Positions 37,492-45,981 of a DNA stretch of 64,000 nt are shown here, one piece after another. The position numbers and the translations under genes are program-made. The notes below the pieces were generated by a model that did not search any database, was not told the origin of the DNA, and saw nothing but the letters and a program-made list of their open reading frames with translations. Origin of the DNA: an uncultured Pseudobdellovibrionaceae bacterium (lineage in GTDB: Bacteria > Bdellovibrionota > FAC87 > UBA2466); the NCBI GenBank assembly GCA_964519985.1, contig CAZFMF010000002.1, positions 71,029 through 135,028 on the forward strand, in the 5' to 3' direction. The first letter of the stretch is position 1. Every line of letters begins with the position of its first letter.

Positions 37492-38743
37492 GGGAAATTT
37501 TAGCGCCCAAGCGTTGTAGCTTCTGGTCGAGTTTTTGGTAGCCGCGATCGAGGTGATAAATGCGGCTGATGCGGCTCTCGCCTTCCGCCGCCAGCGCCGC
37601 TACGACGAGCGAAGCACTCGCACGCAAATCAGTGGCCATCATCGGCGCTCCTTTTAGCCGGCTGCCCTGCACCCGGGCCTCGTTGCCGTCGATTTCGATT
37701 TGCGCGCCCAGACGCCGCAGTTCGGCCACGTGCATGAAGCGGTTCTCAAAAATCGTTTCCCGCACCCGGCTCTCGCCGTCGGCCTGTAGCAGCGCCGCCA
37801 GCAACTGCGCTTGCATATCGGTGGCAAAACCCGGATAGGGTTGCGTCTCCACGTCGATCGGTCGGTATCTTTCGGCGGGCGTCACGTGCACTCGCGTGCC
37901 CTGCGCCTGAACATCGAGGCCCACTCCCATCGCGCGGAAAACCTCGATCACCGATTGCATCTGCCGGACATCCGTATCAACGAGGGTGAGCGCACTCCGG
38001 GTGGCCGCCGCGATGGCGATCCAAGTGCCGGTTTCAATGCGATCGGGACGGATACGCACCGGTTGGGCCGGTGGGCGCAGATCGCCGCCCCGCACGCGGA
38101 TAAGCGGCGTACCGAGGCCTTCAATTTCGGCTCCCGCCGATTGCAAAAATTCTCCCAGCGCGACCACTTCGGGTTCCTGCGCAGCGTTGCGCAAAATCGT
38201 GGTGCCTTCGGCGCGGGTGGCGGCCATCAAGATATTCTCGGTGCCGGTCACCGAAACCTGCGGGAAAGTGATGTCGGCCCCCCGTAGGCGGTCTTTCACC
38301 TTGGCCCGAATATAGCCGCCCTCCACCGCCACCGTGACGCCCATTTTCTCTAAAGCATCCGTATGAAAACCCACCGGACGCGCGCCAATCGCACATCCCC
38401 CGGGTAAGCTCACTTCCGCTTCGCCGTGCTTAGCGACCAAAGGCCCGAGCGCCAAAATCCCCGCGCGCATTTTTCGCACCCATTCGTAGGGTGCACGCGC
38501 AATACGAATCGCCGGATAAATCCGCACGACGCCGGCTTCCTTGTCCCAACCGGATTCGGTGCCGATTTCTTCTAGCAGTTTTAACGTGGTTTCAATGTCC
38601 CAGAGGCGAGGCACATTTTCGTAAACGATTTCTTTATCGAAAAGCAACGAGGCGAAAAGCAGCGGCAGCGCCGCATTCTTTGAGCCACTGATCGAAACCT
38701 CACCCTCGAGGCGACTGGGTCCCTGAATGACAAGTGCGTCCAT
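37478..38743 (-). CDS. murA: UDP-N-acetylglucosamine 1-carboxyvinyltransferase
   Basis: EPSP-synthase-fold MurA; N-terminus LVIQG...L.G.V.ISGSKNAALP. Confidence 0.95.
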   Translation of the reverse strand: MDALVIQGPSRLEGEVSISGSKNAALPLLFASLLFDKEIVYENVPRLWDIETTLKLLEEIGTESGWDKEAGVVRIYPAIRIARAPYEWVRKMRAGILALGPLVAKHGEAEVSLPGGCAIGARPVGFHTDALEKMGVTVAVEGGYIRAKVKDRLRGADITFPQVSVTGTENILMAATRAEGTTILRNAAQEPEVVALGEFLQSAGAEIEGLGTPLIRVRGGDLRPPAQPVRIRPDRIETGTWIAIAAATRSALTLVDTDVRQMQSVIEVFRAMGVGLDVQAQGTRVHVTPAERYRPIDVETQPYPGFATDMQAQLLAALLQADGESRVRETIFENRFMHVAELRRLGAQIEIDGNEARVQGSRLKGAPMMATDLRASASLVVAALAAEGESRISRIYHLDRGYQKLDQKLQRLGAKISRVEE

Positions 38744-38802
38744 ACAATCCTTACCGGTGTCTTAAAAAGTGCGTGGCACCTTTTAAGACAGGTACCTTGA
38801 TT

Positions 38803-39636
38803 CTAAAGACGACCATACGCGACTCGATCGCGGCCCGCGAGATCCTTTTCGATGGTTGCATCGCGAAAGCCGGTGTTTTTGAGCAGGCGCAGGACCGCGT
38901 CGCCTTGATCCGAGCCGATTTCTAGAAGGATGCCGCCCCCCGGTTTTAGATGCTTGGGCGCCCATTCGATCATCCGAGTGACGCACTCAAGACCCGTGGC
39001 TCCACCGTCCAAGGCTTGCGGGGGTTCGTGGCGTACCTCGCGGGAAAGACGGGGAATTTCGGAATGCGTGACGTAGGGAGGGTTGGCAATCCACCAATCC
39101 ACCGGGGCACGGGTGGTGACCCCCGCGAAGAAGTCCCCCTCGTAAAGGTGGTAGTTGGCGGCGCCGATGATATTTTGACGCAGGTACGGAAGCGAGGCCG
39201 GATTGCTTTCCCACGCATGCCAGGTCCAGGGGCGCTCCCCCAGCAGGCTAATTCCAATGACGCCGGAACCCGCGCCGAGCTCCGCGATTTCCAGCGGTCC
39301 CTGCGGCAAGCGCTGCAACGCCAGGGCGACCAAAACTTCGGTCTCGGGCCGCGGGATCAGTACGCCCGGCCCCACCGCAAACCGCCCTTTCCAAAAATCC
39401 TCATAACCCACGATGTATTGAAAGGGTTCGCCGGTAAGCCGCCTTTCGACGAGGCGCTCGCAGCGTGCGTGGTCGGCCTCCGTCAGTGGCGACTCCCACC
39501 GCAGAATCAATTGCGAGGAATCGATTCCCAACCCCGCTTCGACGATTTGCTTCATGTGCAAAAGGGGGTCCGCGCATTCCAGGCGCGCCGATTCCAAACG
39601 GGACTTGCCCGCCAAAATGTATTCCCGGTAGCGCAT
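38803..39636 (-). CDS. prmC: release factor glutamine methyltransferase
   Basis: HemK family with the NPPY motif (IANPPYV); located downstream of prfA. Confidence 0.9.
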   Translation of the reverse strand: MRYREYILAGKSRLESARLECADPLLHMKQIVEAGLGIDSSQLILRWESPLTEADHARCERLVERRLTGEPFQYIVGYEDFWKGRFAVGPGVLIPRPETEVLVALALQRLPQGPLEIAELGAGSGVIGISLLGERPWTWHAWESNPASLPYLRQNIIGAANYHLYEGDFFAGVTTRAPVDWWIANPPYVTHSEIPRLSREVRHEPPQALDGGATGLECVTRMIEWAPKHLKPGGGILLEIGSDQGDAVLRLLKNTGFRDATIEKDLAGRDRVAYGRL

Positions 39637-39639
39637 GGA

Positions 39640-40725
39640 TTATCTTCCCGGTATGCCGCCGCCGGCCTGCGCCTTAAGCTGCTCGGCCTGATAAAAAGCG
39701 GTGAGCTGTCCGAGCAGCCCTTCGATATCGCCCTGCATGAAGGCGTCGATCTGGTGGACGGTCACGCCGATGCGATGATCGGTCACTCGCCCCTGGGGGA
39801 AATTGTAGGTCCGAATCTTTTCGCTGCGCTCGCCCGTGCCGACCTGACTCAAACGGTCGGCGGAGATACGATCGTGTTGCTCCTGCTGTTTCATATCGAG
39901 CAGACGCGAACTCAAAACCTTAAGTGCCTTGGACTTATTCTTGTGTTGTGACTTTTCGTCGCGGCAGACCACCACCATATTCGTCGGCAAATGGGTGATG
40001 CGCACCGCGGAGTCCGTGGTGTTGACACTCTGTCCGCCGGGGCCCGAGCTACGAAACACATCGATGCGCAGATCGTTGGGATCGATGGTGACTTCGACTT
40101 CATCCGCTTCGGGCAACACAGCGACCGTGATGGTGCTCGTGTGCACTCGGCCTTGCGTTTCCGTTTTAGGAACCCGCTGCACGCGATGCACCCCACTTTC
40201 GTGCTTTAACTTGCTGTAAACCTTGTCCCCGCTGATGAGCGCGATGATTTCCTTCATCCCGCCGACGTCGTTTTCGCTCATGCTCATGACTTCGATCCGC
40301 CATCGCTGGCGTTCGGCGAATTTCGAGTACATGCGGAACACATCGCCGACAAAAATTCCCGCTTCATCGCCGCCGGCTCCGGCGCGAATTTCGAGAATGA
40401 TATTGCGATCGTCGTTCGGGTCCTTGGGCAAAAGCAGAATGGTGATCGCTTTTTCCAGCTCCAGAAGCTTGGGCTCTAGTTCTTTGTTTTCGTCGAGGGC
40501 GAGATCCTTGAGCTCACCGCTCTCTTCGGCGATAAGCTTCAGGTTTTGCGAGAAATGGGACTTGAGCTGCTTGTATTCGCGGTAGGCGCGGACGAGCTCC
40601 TGCAGCCCACTATGTTCTTTGCTCAGTTTTTGAAAGAGCTGCGGCTGCGCCGCTACATCCGGTGAGGTCAGGCGGACTTCGATGTCCTCATAGTGCGCCT
40701 CGACCTCTTCCAGCTTCTCGAACAT
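39640..40725 (-). CDS. prfA: peptide chain release factor 1
   Basis: GGQ motif (SGPGGQSVN) and the RF1 PxT-type tripeptide region. Confidence 0.96.
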   Translation of the reverse strand: MFEKLEEVEAHYEDIEVRLTSPDVAAQPQLFQKLSKEHSGLQELVRAYREYKQLKSHFSQNLKLIAEESGELKDLALDENKELEPKLLELEKAITILLLPKDPNDDRNIILEIRAGAGGDEAGIFVGDVFRMYSKFAERQRWRIEVMSMSENDVGGMKEIIALISGDKVYSKLKHESGVHRVQRVPKTETQGRVHTSTITVAVLPEADEVEVTIDPNDLRIDVFRSSGPGGQSVNTTDSAVRITHLPTNMVVVCRDEKSQHKNKSKALKVLSSRLLDMKQQEQHDRISADRLSQVGTGERSEKIRTYNFPQGRVTDHRIGVTVHQIDAFMQGDIEGLLGQLTAFYQAEQLKAQAGGGIPGR

Positions 40726-40737
40726 TCAATGGCTGGA

Positions 40738-40956
40738 TTAGTAGGAACGTTTGCCGTCTTTGGCGCCGTACTTCTTCATGAAGCGTTGCACGCGGCCTTC
40801 GGTATCCATGAGACGCGCCTTCCCGGTAAAGAGCGGGTGGCAAGCCGAGCAGGTCTCAATGCGGATGTCCTTCTTGGTCGCCCGCGTATGGATTTCGTTC
40901 CCGCAAGTGCAGCGGATCGTCGTTTCAAAATATTCAGGGTGAATGCCAGGTTTCAT
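40738..40956 (-). CDS. rpmE: 50S ribosomal protein L31
   Basis: MKPGIHPEYFETTIRCTCGNEIHTRATKK...CSACHPLFTGK; the 67-aa N-terminal extension in the track ORF overlaps the upstream ATPase gene and was rejected. Confidence 0.9.
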   Translation of the reverse strand: MKPGIHPEYFETTIRCTCGNEIHTRATKKDIRIETCSACHPLFTGKARLMDTEGRVQRFMKKYGAKDGKRSY

Positions 40957-40996
40957 AGCGGAACAATCTGGCACAAAAGGCGGACAATCGCAAGGC

Positions 40997-41941
40997 TCAC
41001 CCCCGGGACCACGGCTCCGGCAGGATCCGGTAACGTTCGCCTTCCATCCCTTGCACCCGCACGCCTTCCCGGATGCGCCGCCCCTCCAAATGGATAGCAA
41101 TCTGGATCGCCGACGCAATCCATTCCCGCACGGCCGGCACGGGGACGTTGCGTCCATTCATCAAGACGAGGGTCTCCAAACGGCGTAGCGCGTCCAGCGG
41201 GGAGTTGGCGTGCAGAGTACACCCGCTTCCCGGGTGACCCGAGTTCATGGCCTGCAGGAGCTCCCAGGCTTCCTCACCCCGGCACTCGCCCAGGACCAGC
41301 CGGTTGGGCCGCATACGCAGGGCATTTCGCAAAAGCGTCCGCAGAGTCACTTCCCCGTGCCCATCCGGGGTTGCCGGCCGGGCCTCCAAAAAGACCGCGT
41401 GAGGATGAGCCAACCGAATTTCGGCGGTTTCCTCCACCACCACGATCCGCTCCCTCTCTCCAACCGTTTCCAAAAGACGGGAAAGCAAGGTGGTCTTACC
41501 CGATCCCGTCCCACCGGAAATCAGCAAACTCTGCCCGCGGGCGAATTCCGCGACCAACCACCGAATCAGCTTTGCATCGCCAAAGGAGCCCAGCGGCGCG
41601 TGGCTTCCCCCGCGGCTTTTGCGAATGCTCAAGAACGGTCCTTGGGGGGCAATCGGAGGCAGGATCACGTGGAAACGGCTTCCATCCGCCAAACGGCCGT
41701 CAAGGTAAGGTTTCGCCGCATCTACCCGCCGCCCGAGCGGCACCAAGATCCGCTCGAGAAAATCGTAGAATCCGGCGACGTCGGAAAACGGGGGTGGAAT
41801 CGGTTCCAGCGCCCCTCCCCTTTCCACAAAGGCGGAACGCACGCCGTTAACCAAAATGTCGGTAACCTCCGGATCCGACATCCAGGGCAGAAGCGCCGAA
41901 CCCGCCCCCAGAAATTGCTCGGATAGGGAATAGGCCCTCAC
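40997..41941 (-). CDS. type II/IV secretion system ATPase (TadA/CpaF/VirB11-like), short form
   Basis: Walker A LISGGTGSGKTTLL; Asp box and His box (GHPGSGCTLHANS); 314 aa. Confidence 0.8.
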   Translation of the reverse strand: MRAYSLSEQFLGAGSALLPWMSDPEVTDILVNGVRSAFVERGGALEPIPPPFSDVAGFYDFLERILVPLGRRVDAAKPYLDGRLADGSRFHVILPPIAPQGPFLSIRKSRGGSHAPLGSFGDAKLIRWLVAEFARGQSLLISGGTGSGKTTLLSRLLETVGERERIVVVEETAEIRLAHPHAVFLEARPATPDGHGEVTLRTLLRNALRMRPNRLVLGECRGEEAWELLQAMNSGHPGSGCTLHANSPLDALRRLETLVLMNGRNVPVPAVREWIASAIQIAIHLEGRRIREGVRVQGMEGERYRILPEPWSRG

Positions 41942-43014
41942 CGCCCTACCTTTTCGAATTTCTCCTCAAACGCCTCCCAGCGCTCGCCGGTGTCCTGTCG
42001 TGTCGCCATGGAAAAGGTGACCGCCATCATCACCTCATGCGACTCATGCGCTCCCGAGCGGCTAGAAAACACGGGTCCAAAAATCGGCAGATCTTTGAGC
42101 AGCGGAATGCCCGCTTCCCGCGCCGACTCCAGGCGGCGCACCAGTCCCGAAAGCAAAATCGTTTCCCCGTCGATTGAGTTAACCTTAGTGGACAGCTTGC
42201 GCCGATTGAGCGCGGGAATGCCGCCAATGGCATCGGCCGCGTTGATCTCGGACAACTCAACGTGGATATCGGAGTGGAGATGATAACCGTCGAGGCTTTG
42301 CGGGCGGACTTTGACGTTCATCCCGAAAGATTTCCACTCCACGTGTTTTTGCAGACGCCCGAATGTTTCAGAGGTTGTCGGCACGGGGATTTCACCCCCC
42401 GAACTAAAGACCGCCTCCTCCGCCAAACGCACATAGATCTGCGGGTTGGCGAGAAGCTTTGCCCGCCCCTCCTCTACTAGTTGCTGCAACCATCCCTTTA
42501 GCCCGTCGAGACCCACGGTATAGGACAGGGCCGCGTTGCTACCCGTCCCCTGGAGCAGACCAGTCGCATTCGCCGAGACCAGCTCCGGCCACTTCACCCC
42601 AGTTTGGCGGCGCCCACTGGCATCCAGCTCCAGGAATTCGAGATCGACTTTCACCACTCCCGGGGACCCGTCGGCGGTGGTGAGGTTGGCGGGGCCTACC
42701 TGAATGAGAAACGCGCGCTCGGAGCCATCGGCGGCCCAAGTGCGCAAACTCGTTTTTCCTTTGGACTTGGCGGTGAGAAGGATTTGGTCCGGAGGTACGG
42801 CCCGCGCTCGAGCAACCTTGGGGTTAGCTAGGGCGGCTCGGCGCAGGCCGTTCACTCTGATTGTACGGTTCGCATCCTCGGGGAGGAAGATGCGCTCCAG
42901 TATGACTGTCGTCGGGGTTTCTGGCGGGAATCGGGGGGGATTCGCCGCCAAAACCGTTGGAAACAGCAACCTCAGTAGCCACGCACTCATCACTCTGCGA
43001 TGCCGAGCAATCAC
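41938..43014 (-). CDS. secretin family protein (CpaC/RcpA-like), short
   Basis: C-terminal secretin motif GIPLLKDLPIFGPVFSS; signal peptide; 358 aa; 4-nt overlap with the downstream ATPase gene. Confidence 0.7.
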   Translation of the reverse strand: MIARHRRVMSAWLLRLLFPTVLAANPPRFPPETPTTVILERIFLPEDANRTIRVNGLRRAALANPKVARARAVPPDQILLTAKSKGKTSLRTWAADGSERAFLIQVGPANLTTADGSPGVVKVDLEFLELDASGRRQTGVKWPELVSANATGLLQGTGSNAALSYTVGLDGLKGWLQQLVEEGRAKLLANPQIYVRLAEEAVFSSGGEIPVPTTSETFGRLQKHVEWKSFGMNVKVRPQSLDGYHLHSDIHVELSEINAADAIGGIPALNRRKLSTKVNSIDGETILLSGLVRRLESAREAGIPLLKDLPIFGPVFSSRSGAHESHEVMMAVTFSMATRQDTGERWEAFEEKFEKVGR

Positions 43015-43089
43015 CGCGCCATCGCCACCGAGCCTGCTGTTTACAAATCTGGTTCAAGTCCCGGACTCGCGGTCCCGGGTTCCGGCCGA

Positions 43090-43872
43090 TTAGATTCCGT
43101 CAATCGACAAGCCTTCGGCCGTCTCCATCGCGCGGATGAAATTACGGTTGCTGGCGTTATCGGCCACGTTCACAAACTCGCTGACGTAGTAGCTCGAGTA
43201 AGTGCCACCGGCGTGAGTCACGCCCGCGATTTCGAGCTTGCCGCCGTTGCTGCGGAAGAGCGGGCCACCCGAATCGCCGAAGCAAGTGCCGGCTTGGCTG
43301 GCGTCGCCGATGATACCGCGGTTACCGCTCGTCTTGGGGGTGAGCAACACCAGGTAATCGTCTTTTTCCGAGATGCGGTTCGTGCCGGCGCGTTTGACGC
43401 CCGAGCCCGTGCGCTTTTCGACACTGCTGCATCCGAAGCCTACGACTGCCACCGGTTCGCCCTTCGCGACCGACTGGGCAATCGGGTAAATTTCATCTTC
43501 GTTCGTCGTAATCGGAGCGCTGAAGATCAACATGCCGATGTCGTTCGCATCGTCCACGTCGCCCGAGCCATGCGCTTCGATGTTCGTGGTCTTGAAGTCA
43601 CCGTTTTTGGTGCGCACCGTGTAGGTGCCCGTATCGAGCAAGCAGTGCGCGGCGGTCAAAACCGCGTTCTCCGCGACAATCGTGCCCGTGCACATTCCGC
43701 GACCTTGCGGCGCAATCACCATCACCACGCCCGGATAATCATTCGTTACCGTAGCGAAGCGACCGGCGGCCGACGGAATCGAATTCTCGTCGAGCGGCTG
43801 CGCGCAACCCGTCATGTAAACGGCTAAGATAAGTAAGAGAGTGGAAAACAAAATACGTCCAACGTGCTTCAT
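43090..43872 (-). CDS. trypsin-like serine protease lipoprotein (S1 family)
   Basis: Catalytic triad motifs TAAHC and GDSGGP; lipobox YMTGCAQ. Confidence 0.8.
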   Translation of the reverse strand: MKHVGRILFSTLLLILAVYMTGCAQPLDENSIPSAAGRFATVTNDYPGVVMVIAPQGRGMCTGTIVAENAVLTAAHCLLDTGTYTVRTKNGDFKTTNIEAHGSGDVDDANDIGMLIFSAPITTNEDEIYPIAQSVAKGEPVAVVGFGCSSVEKRTGSGVKRAGTNRISEKDDYLVLLTPKTSGNRGIIGDASQAGTCFGDSGGPLFRSNGGKLEIAGVTHAGGTYSSYYVSEFVNVADNASNRNFIRAMETAEGLSIDGI

Positions 43873-44352
43873 GGAAAGTTAACCCCAAGTGATGTTGATT
43901 TTTTATTTGAATTGAACTCGCGCACTTTGGACGCAACTCGACCCAAGTCGAAAAAACGCCCAGAACTTTTTGCGAGATTCAATTTGGCGGGAACAATCAG
44001 GAGCCGATCTTGCGACCAGCGTTTTTGTCCCACCTACCCCGAAACCGTACGACTCTTAGAAATTGCAATGGGAAGACCAGTTTCGCGACTAGCGTGCAAG
44101 TGATGGAAAGCAGGCAGCTTTGAAAAGAACCGTCGCCTCTGTTTCCACCCGTTGAACCCCTCGACACCTGGCGATCTTTTACGCAGGTACCTCCGAAGCA
44201 ATTCAAACCCCTTGAAACGTTGGGACTTTGCGTGCCGAAACGTTGACACTCGTGCCTGGAGATCGAGGGAGGCAGCTAAGTCGTCGTAACGATTGATGGG
44301 AAGGCGCGAAAAACGGCGGCGGTGTGTAACCTTTAGACACCAAACTGGCACC

Positions 44353-44381
44353 TTGCGAGGATCGCGTGGGATGGCTAGATT
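44353..44381 (+). promoter_or_regulatory. possible sigma-70 promoter for tRNA-Arg
   Basis: TTGCGA-N17-TAGATT ending ~14 nt before the tRNA 5' end. Confidence 0.3.
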
Positions 44382-44394
44382 GCGAAATTCATAA

Positions 44395-44466
44395 GTCCCC
44401 GTAGTTAAATGGATATAACGAGCGATTCCTAATCGCTAATTACAGGTTCGATTCCTGTCGGGGGCA
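44395..44466 (+). tRNA. tRNA-Arg (anticodon CCU)
   Basis: Cloverleaf folded by hand: acceptor GTCCCCG/CGGGGGC with one G-U; D stem GTTA/TAAC; anticodon stem AGCGA/TCGCT with loop TTCCTAA; T arm ACAGG-TTCGATT-CCTGT; discriminator A; no CCA encoded. Confidence 0.85.
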
Positions 44467-44488
44467 TAATCGAAAATGGGAGGAGCCC

Positions 44489-44857
44489 ATGGCACACAAT
44501 CCGGGATTTCTAAAAATGGTGGCGGACGCGAAACAGAAGGTCGCGGAGACGACGGTAGAAGAGGTGAAAAAGCGGCTCGACGCCGGTGAGAAGTTTCACT
44601 TCGTGGATGTTCGCGAGGATGGGGAGTGGGCGGCCGGGCGCGCTAAAGGCGCCGTCCATATCGGCAAAGGCGTGATCGAGCGCGATATCGAGACGCAGAT
44701 CCCCGACAAATCGGCCTGCATCATTCTCTACTGCGGGGGCGGCTTCCGCTCCGCGCTCGCTGCCGAAGCCATGCAGAAAATGGGCTACCAGAACGTCATT
44801 TCCATGGACGGCGGCATCCGCGCCTGGCGCGAACACGGCTACCCCGAAGACCGCTAA
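44489..44857 (+). CDS. rhodanese-like sulfurtransferase domain protein
   Basis: Active-site loop ILYCGGGFRS; ATG 22 nt after the tRNA with GGGAGGA RBS. Confidence 0.85.
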   Translation: MAHNPGFLKMVADAKQKVAETTVEEVKKRLDAGEKFHFVDVREDGEWAAGRAKGAVHIGKGVIERDIETQIPDKSACIILYCGGGFRSALAAEAMQKMGYQNVISMDGGIRAWREHGYPEDR

Positions 44858-44937
44858 GGTACCCACTTCCTTTCCAGTCATGACTGAAAAGGTAGCGGGT
44901 ACCTACGTGCGAAATGACTGGAAAGGAAGTGGGTACC
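44858..44937. repeat. palindromic element, family B copy (doublet); probable bidirectional terminator
   Basis: GGTACCCACTTCCTTTCCAGTCAT ... ATGACTGGAAAGGAAGTGGGTACC with an inner inverted unit GACTGAAAAGGTAGCGGGTACC; fills the gap between the rhodanese gene and ilvC stops. Confidence 0.65.
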
Positions 44938-45885
44938 TTACAAGAACGGTTTGACGGCTTCGTAGGTTTTTTGCCAGTCGGATTTGGCGAGGCGGTCGCG
45001 TTCGGCTTGGAGCTTGGCGCCGCCGGCGTCGAGTTCGGCGAGCAGTTCCCGCCCGAATTCTCCCGAACGCACTTCATCGAAAATCTTTTGCATTTCCGCG
45101 CGGGCGGCGTCGCCAATGACTCGGGGACCACGGGTCGCGGCGCCGTAGAGTGCAGTCGGCGAAATCCGTTCCGCCATCTCGGCGGGCCCGTACTTCAAGA
45201 AAAGATCGAGCGTCGCTTTGAGCTCCTGGCAAACGTCGAAAAACGCGGACTCGGGGGGGTGGCCGTTTTTGACGAGGGTATCGAAGGCCGATTGCATCAA
45301 CGCCCAAACGCCGCCCACCAGAACCGTCTGCTCGCCGAAGAGATCGCCTTCGGTCTCCAACTGAAAAGTTGTCTCCCGAATGTAGGGGGTCTTGCCCGCA
45401 ATCGCACGCGCGTAGGCTTCCGCGATCGCACGCGTCGTTTCATCCGCGCCGGGGGCGCCGGCAAAAACGGTAGGCAACCCTTCCCCGGCCTGAAACCGCT
45501 CCCGCAAAACCGCTCCCGCCCCCTTGGGGGCTACGAGGAAATAGCCGCAATTCTCCAGTCGCGGGACCTGGTCAAAGTGGTACGCGAAACCGTGAGCAAA
45601 GCCGATCCACTTTCGGCCCTTCTCCAAAACGGGGGCGAGGTCACGAAACAGCGGAGCAATCGCTTGGTCCGGCAACAGGAACATCACCACATCCGCTTGG
45701 GCCGCCGCGGACTGCAGGGACATCGGCGTGAAACCATCCTTAGACGCTGCCCACCAGGCCTTGCGGTTGGGTCGGGCGCCCACAATCACCGGCACACCGG
45801 CATCCCGAAGGTTGAGGGCATGAGCGTGGCCTTGGTTTCCGTATCCCAGAATGGCGACGGTCTTGTCTTTGAACGGGTTCTCCAT
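44938..45885 (-). CDS. ilvC: ketol-acid reductoisomerase (class I)
   Basis: VAILGYGNQGHAHALNLRDAG Rossmann motif and the KARI C-terminal domain. Confidence 0.92.
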   Translation of the reverse strand: MENPFKDKTVAILGYGNQGHAHALNLRDAGVPVIVGARPNRKAWWAASKDGFTPMSLQSAAAQADVVMFLLPDQAIAPLFRDLAPVLEKGRKWIGFAHGFAYHFDQVPRLENCGYFLVAPKGAGAVLRERFQAGEGLPTVFAGAPGADETTRAIAEAYARAIAGKTPYIRETTFQLETEGDLFGEQTVLVGGVWALMQSAFDTLVKNGHPPESAFFDVCQELKATLDLFLKYGPAEMAERISPTALYGAATRGPRVIGDAARAEMQKIFDEVRSGEFGRELLAELDAGGAKLQAERDRLAKSDWQKTYEAVKPFL

Positions 45886-45981
45886 TGTCCCGTCTTACTC
45901 CGCCCCGCCTCGGTTGGAAAAGCCTGAAACCGTCGGCATCCTCGCCTTTTTTTTTGTCCGCGACGCGACTAGACTCTCGGC

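Noticed and set aside
40957-41157. A 67-aa Cys-rich N-terminal extension on ribosomal protein L31 in track ORF 40738..41157
   Set aside because: It overlaps the 3' end of the upstream secretion ATPase gene. L31 homology starts at the internal MKPGIHPEY.
44034-44351. 105-aa minus-strand ORF in the tRNA leader region
   Set aside because: It is an Arg/Lys-rich low-complexity translation with no start context, which is typical of a non-coding region.
44351-44366. TGGCAC...TTGC resembling a sigma-54 -24/-12 element upstream of tRNA-Arg
   Set aside because: The spacing between the GG and the GC is wrong (TTGC starts 4 nt after TGGCAC rather than at the -12 position). A sigma-70-like TTGCGA-N17-TAGATT fits better.
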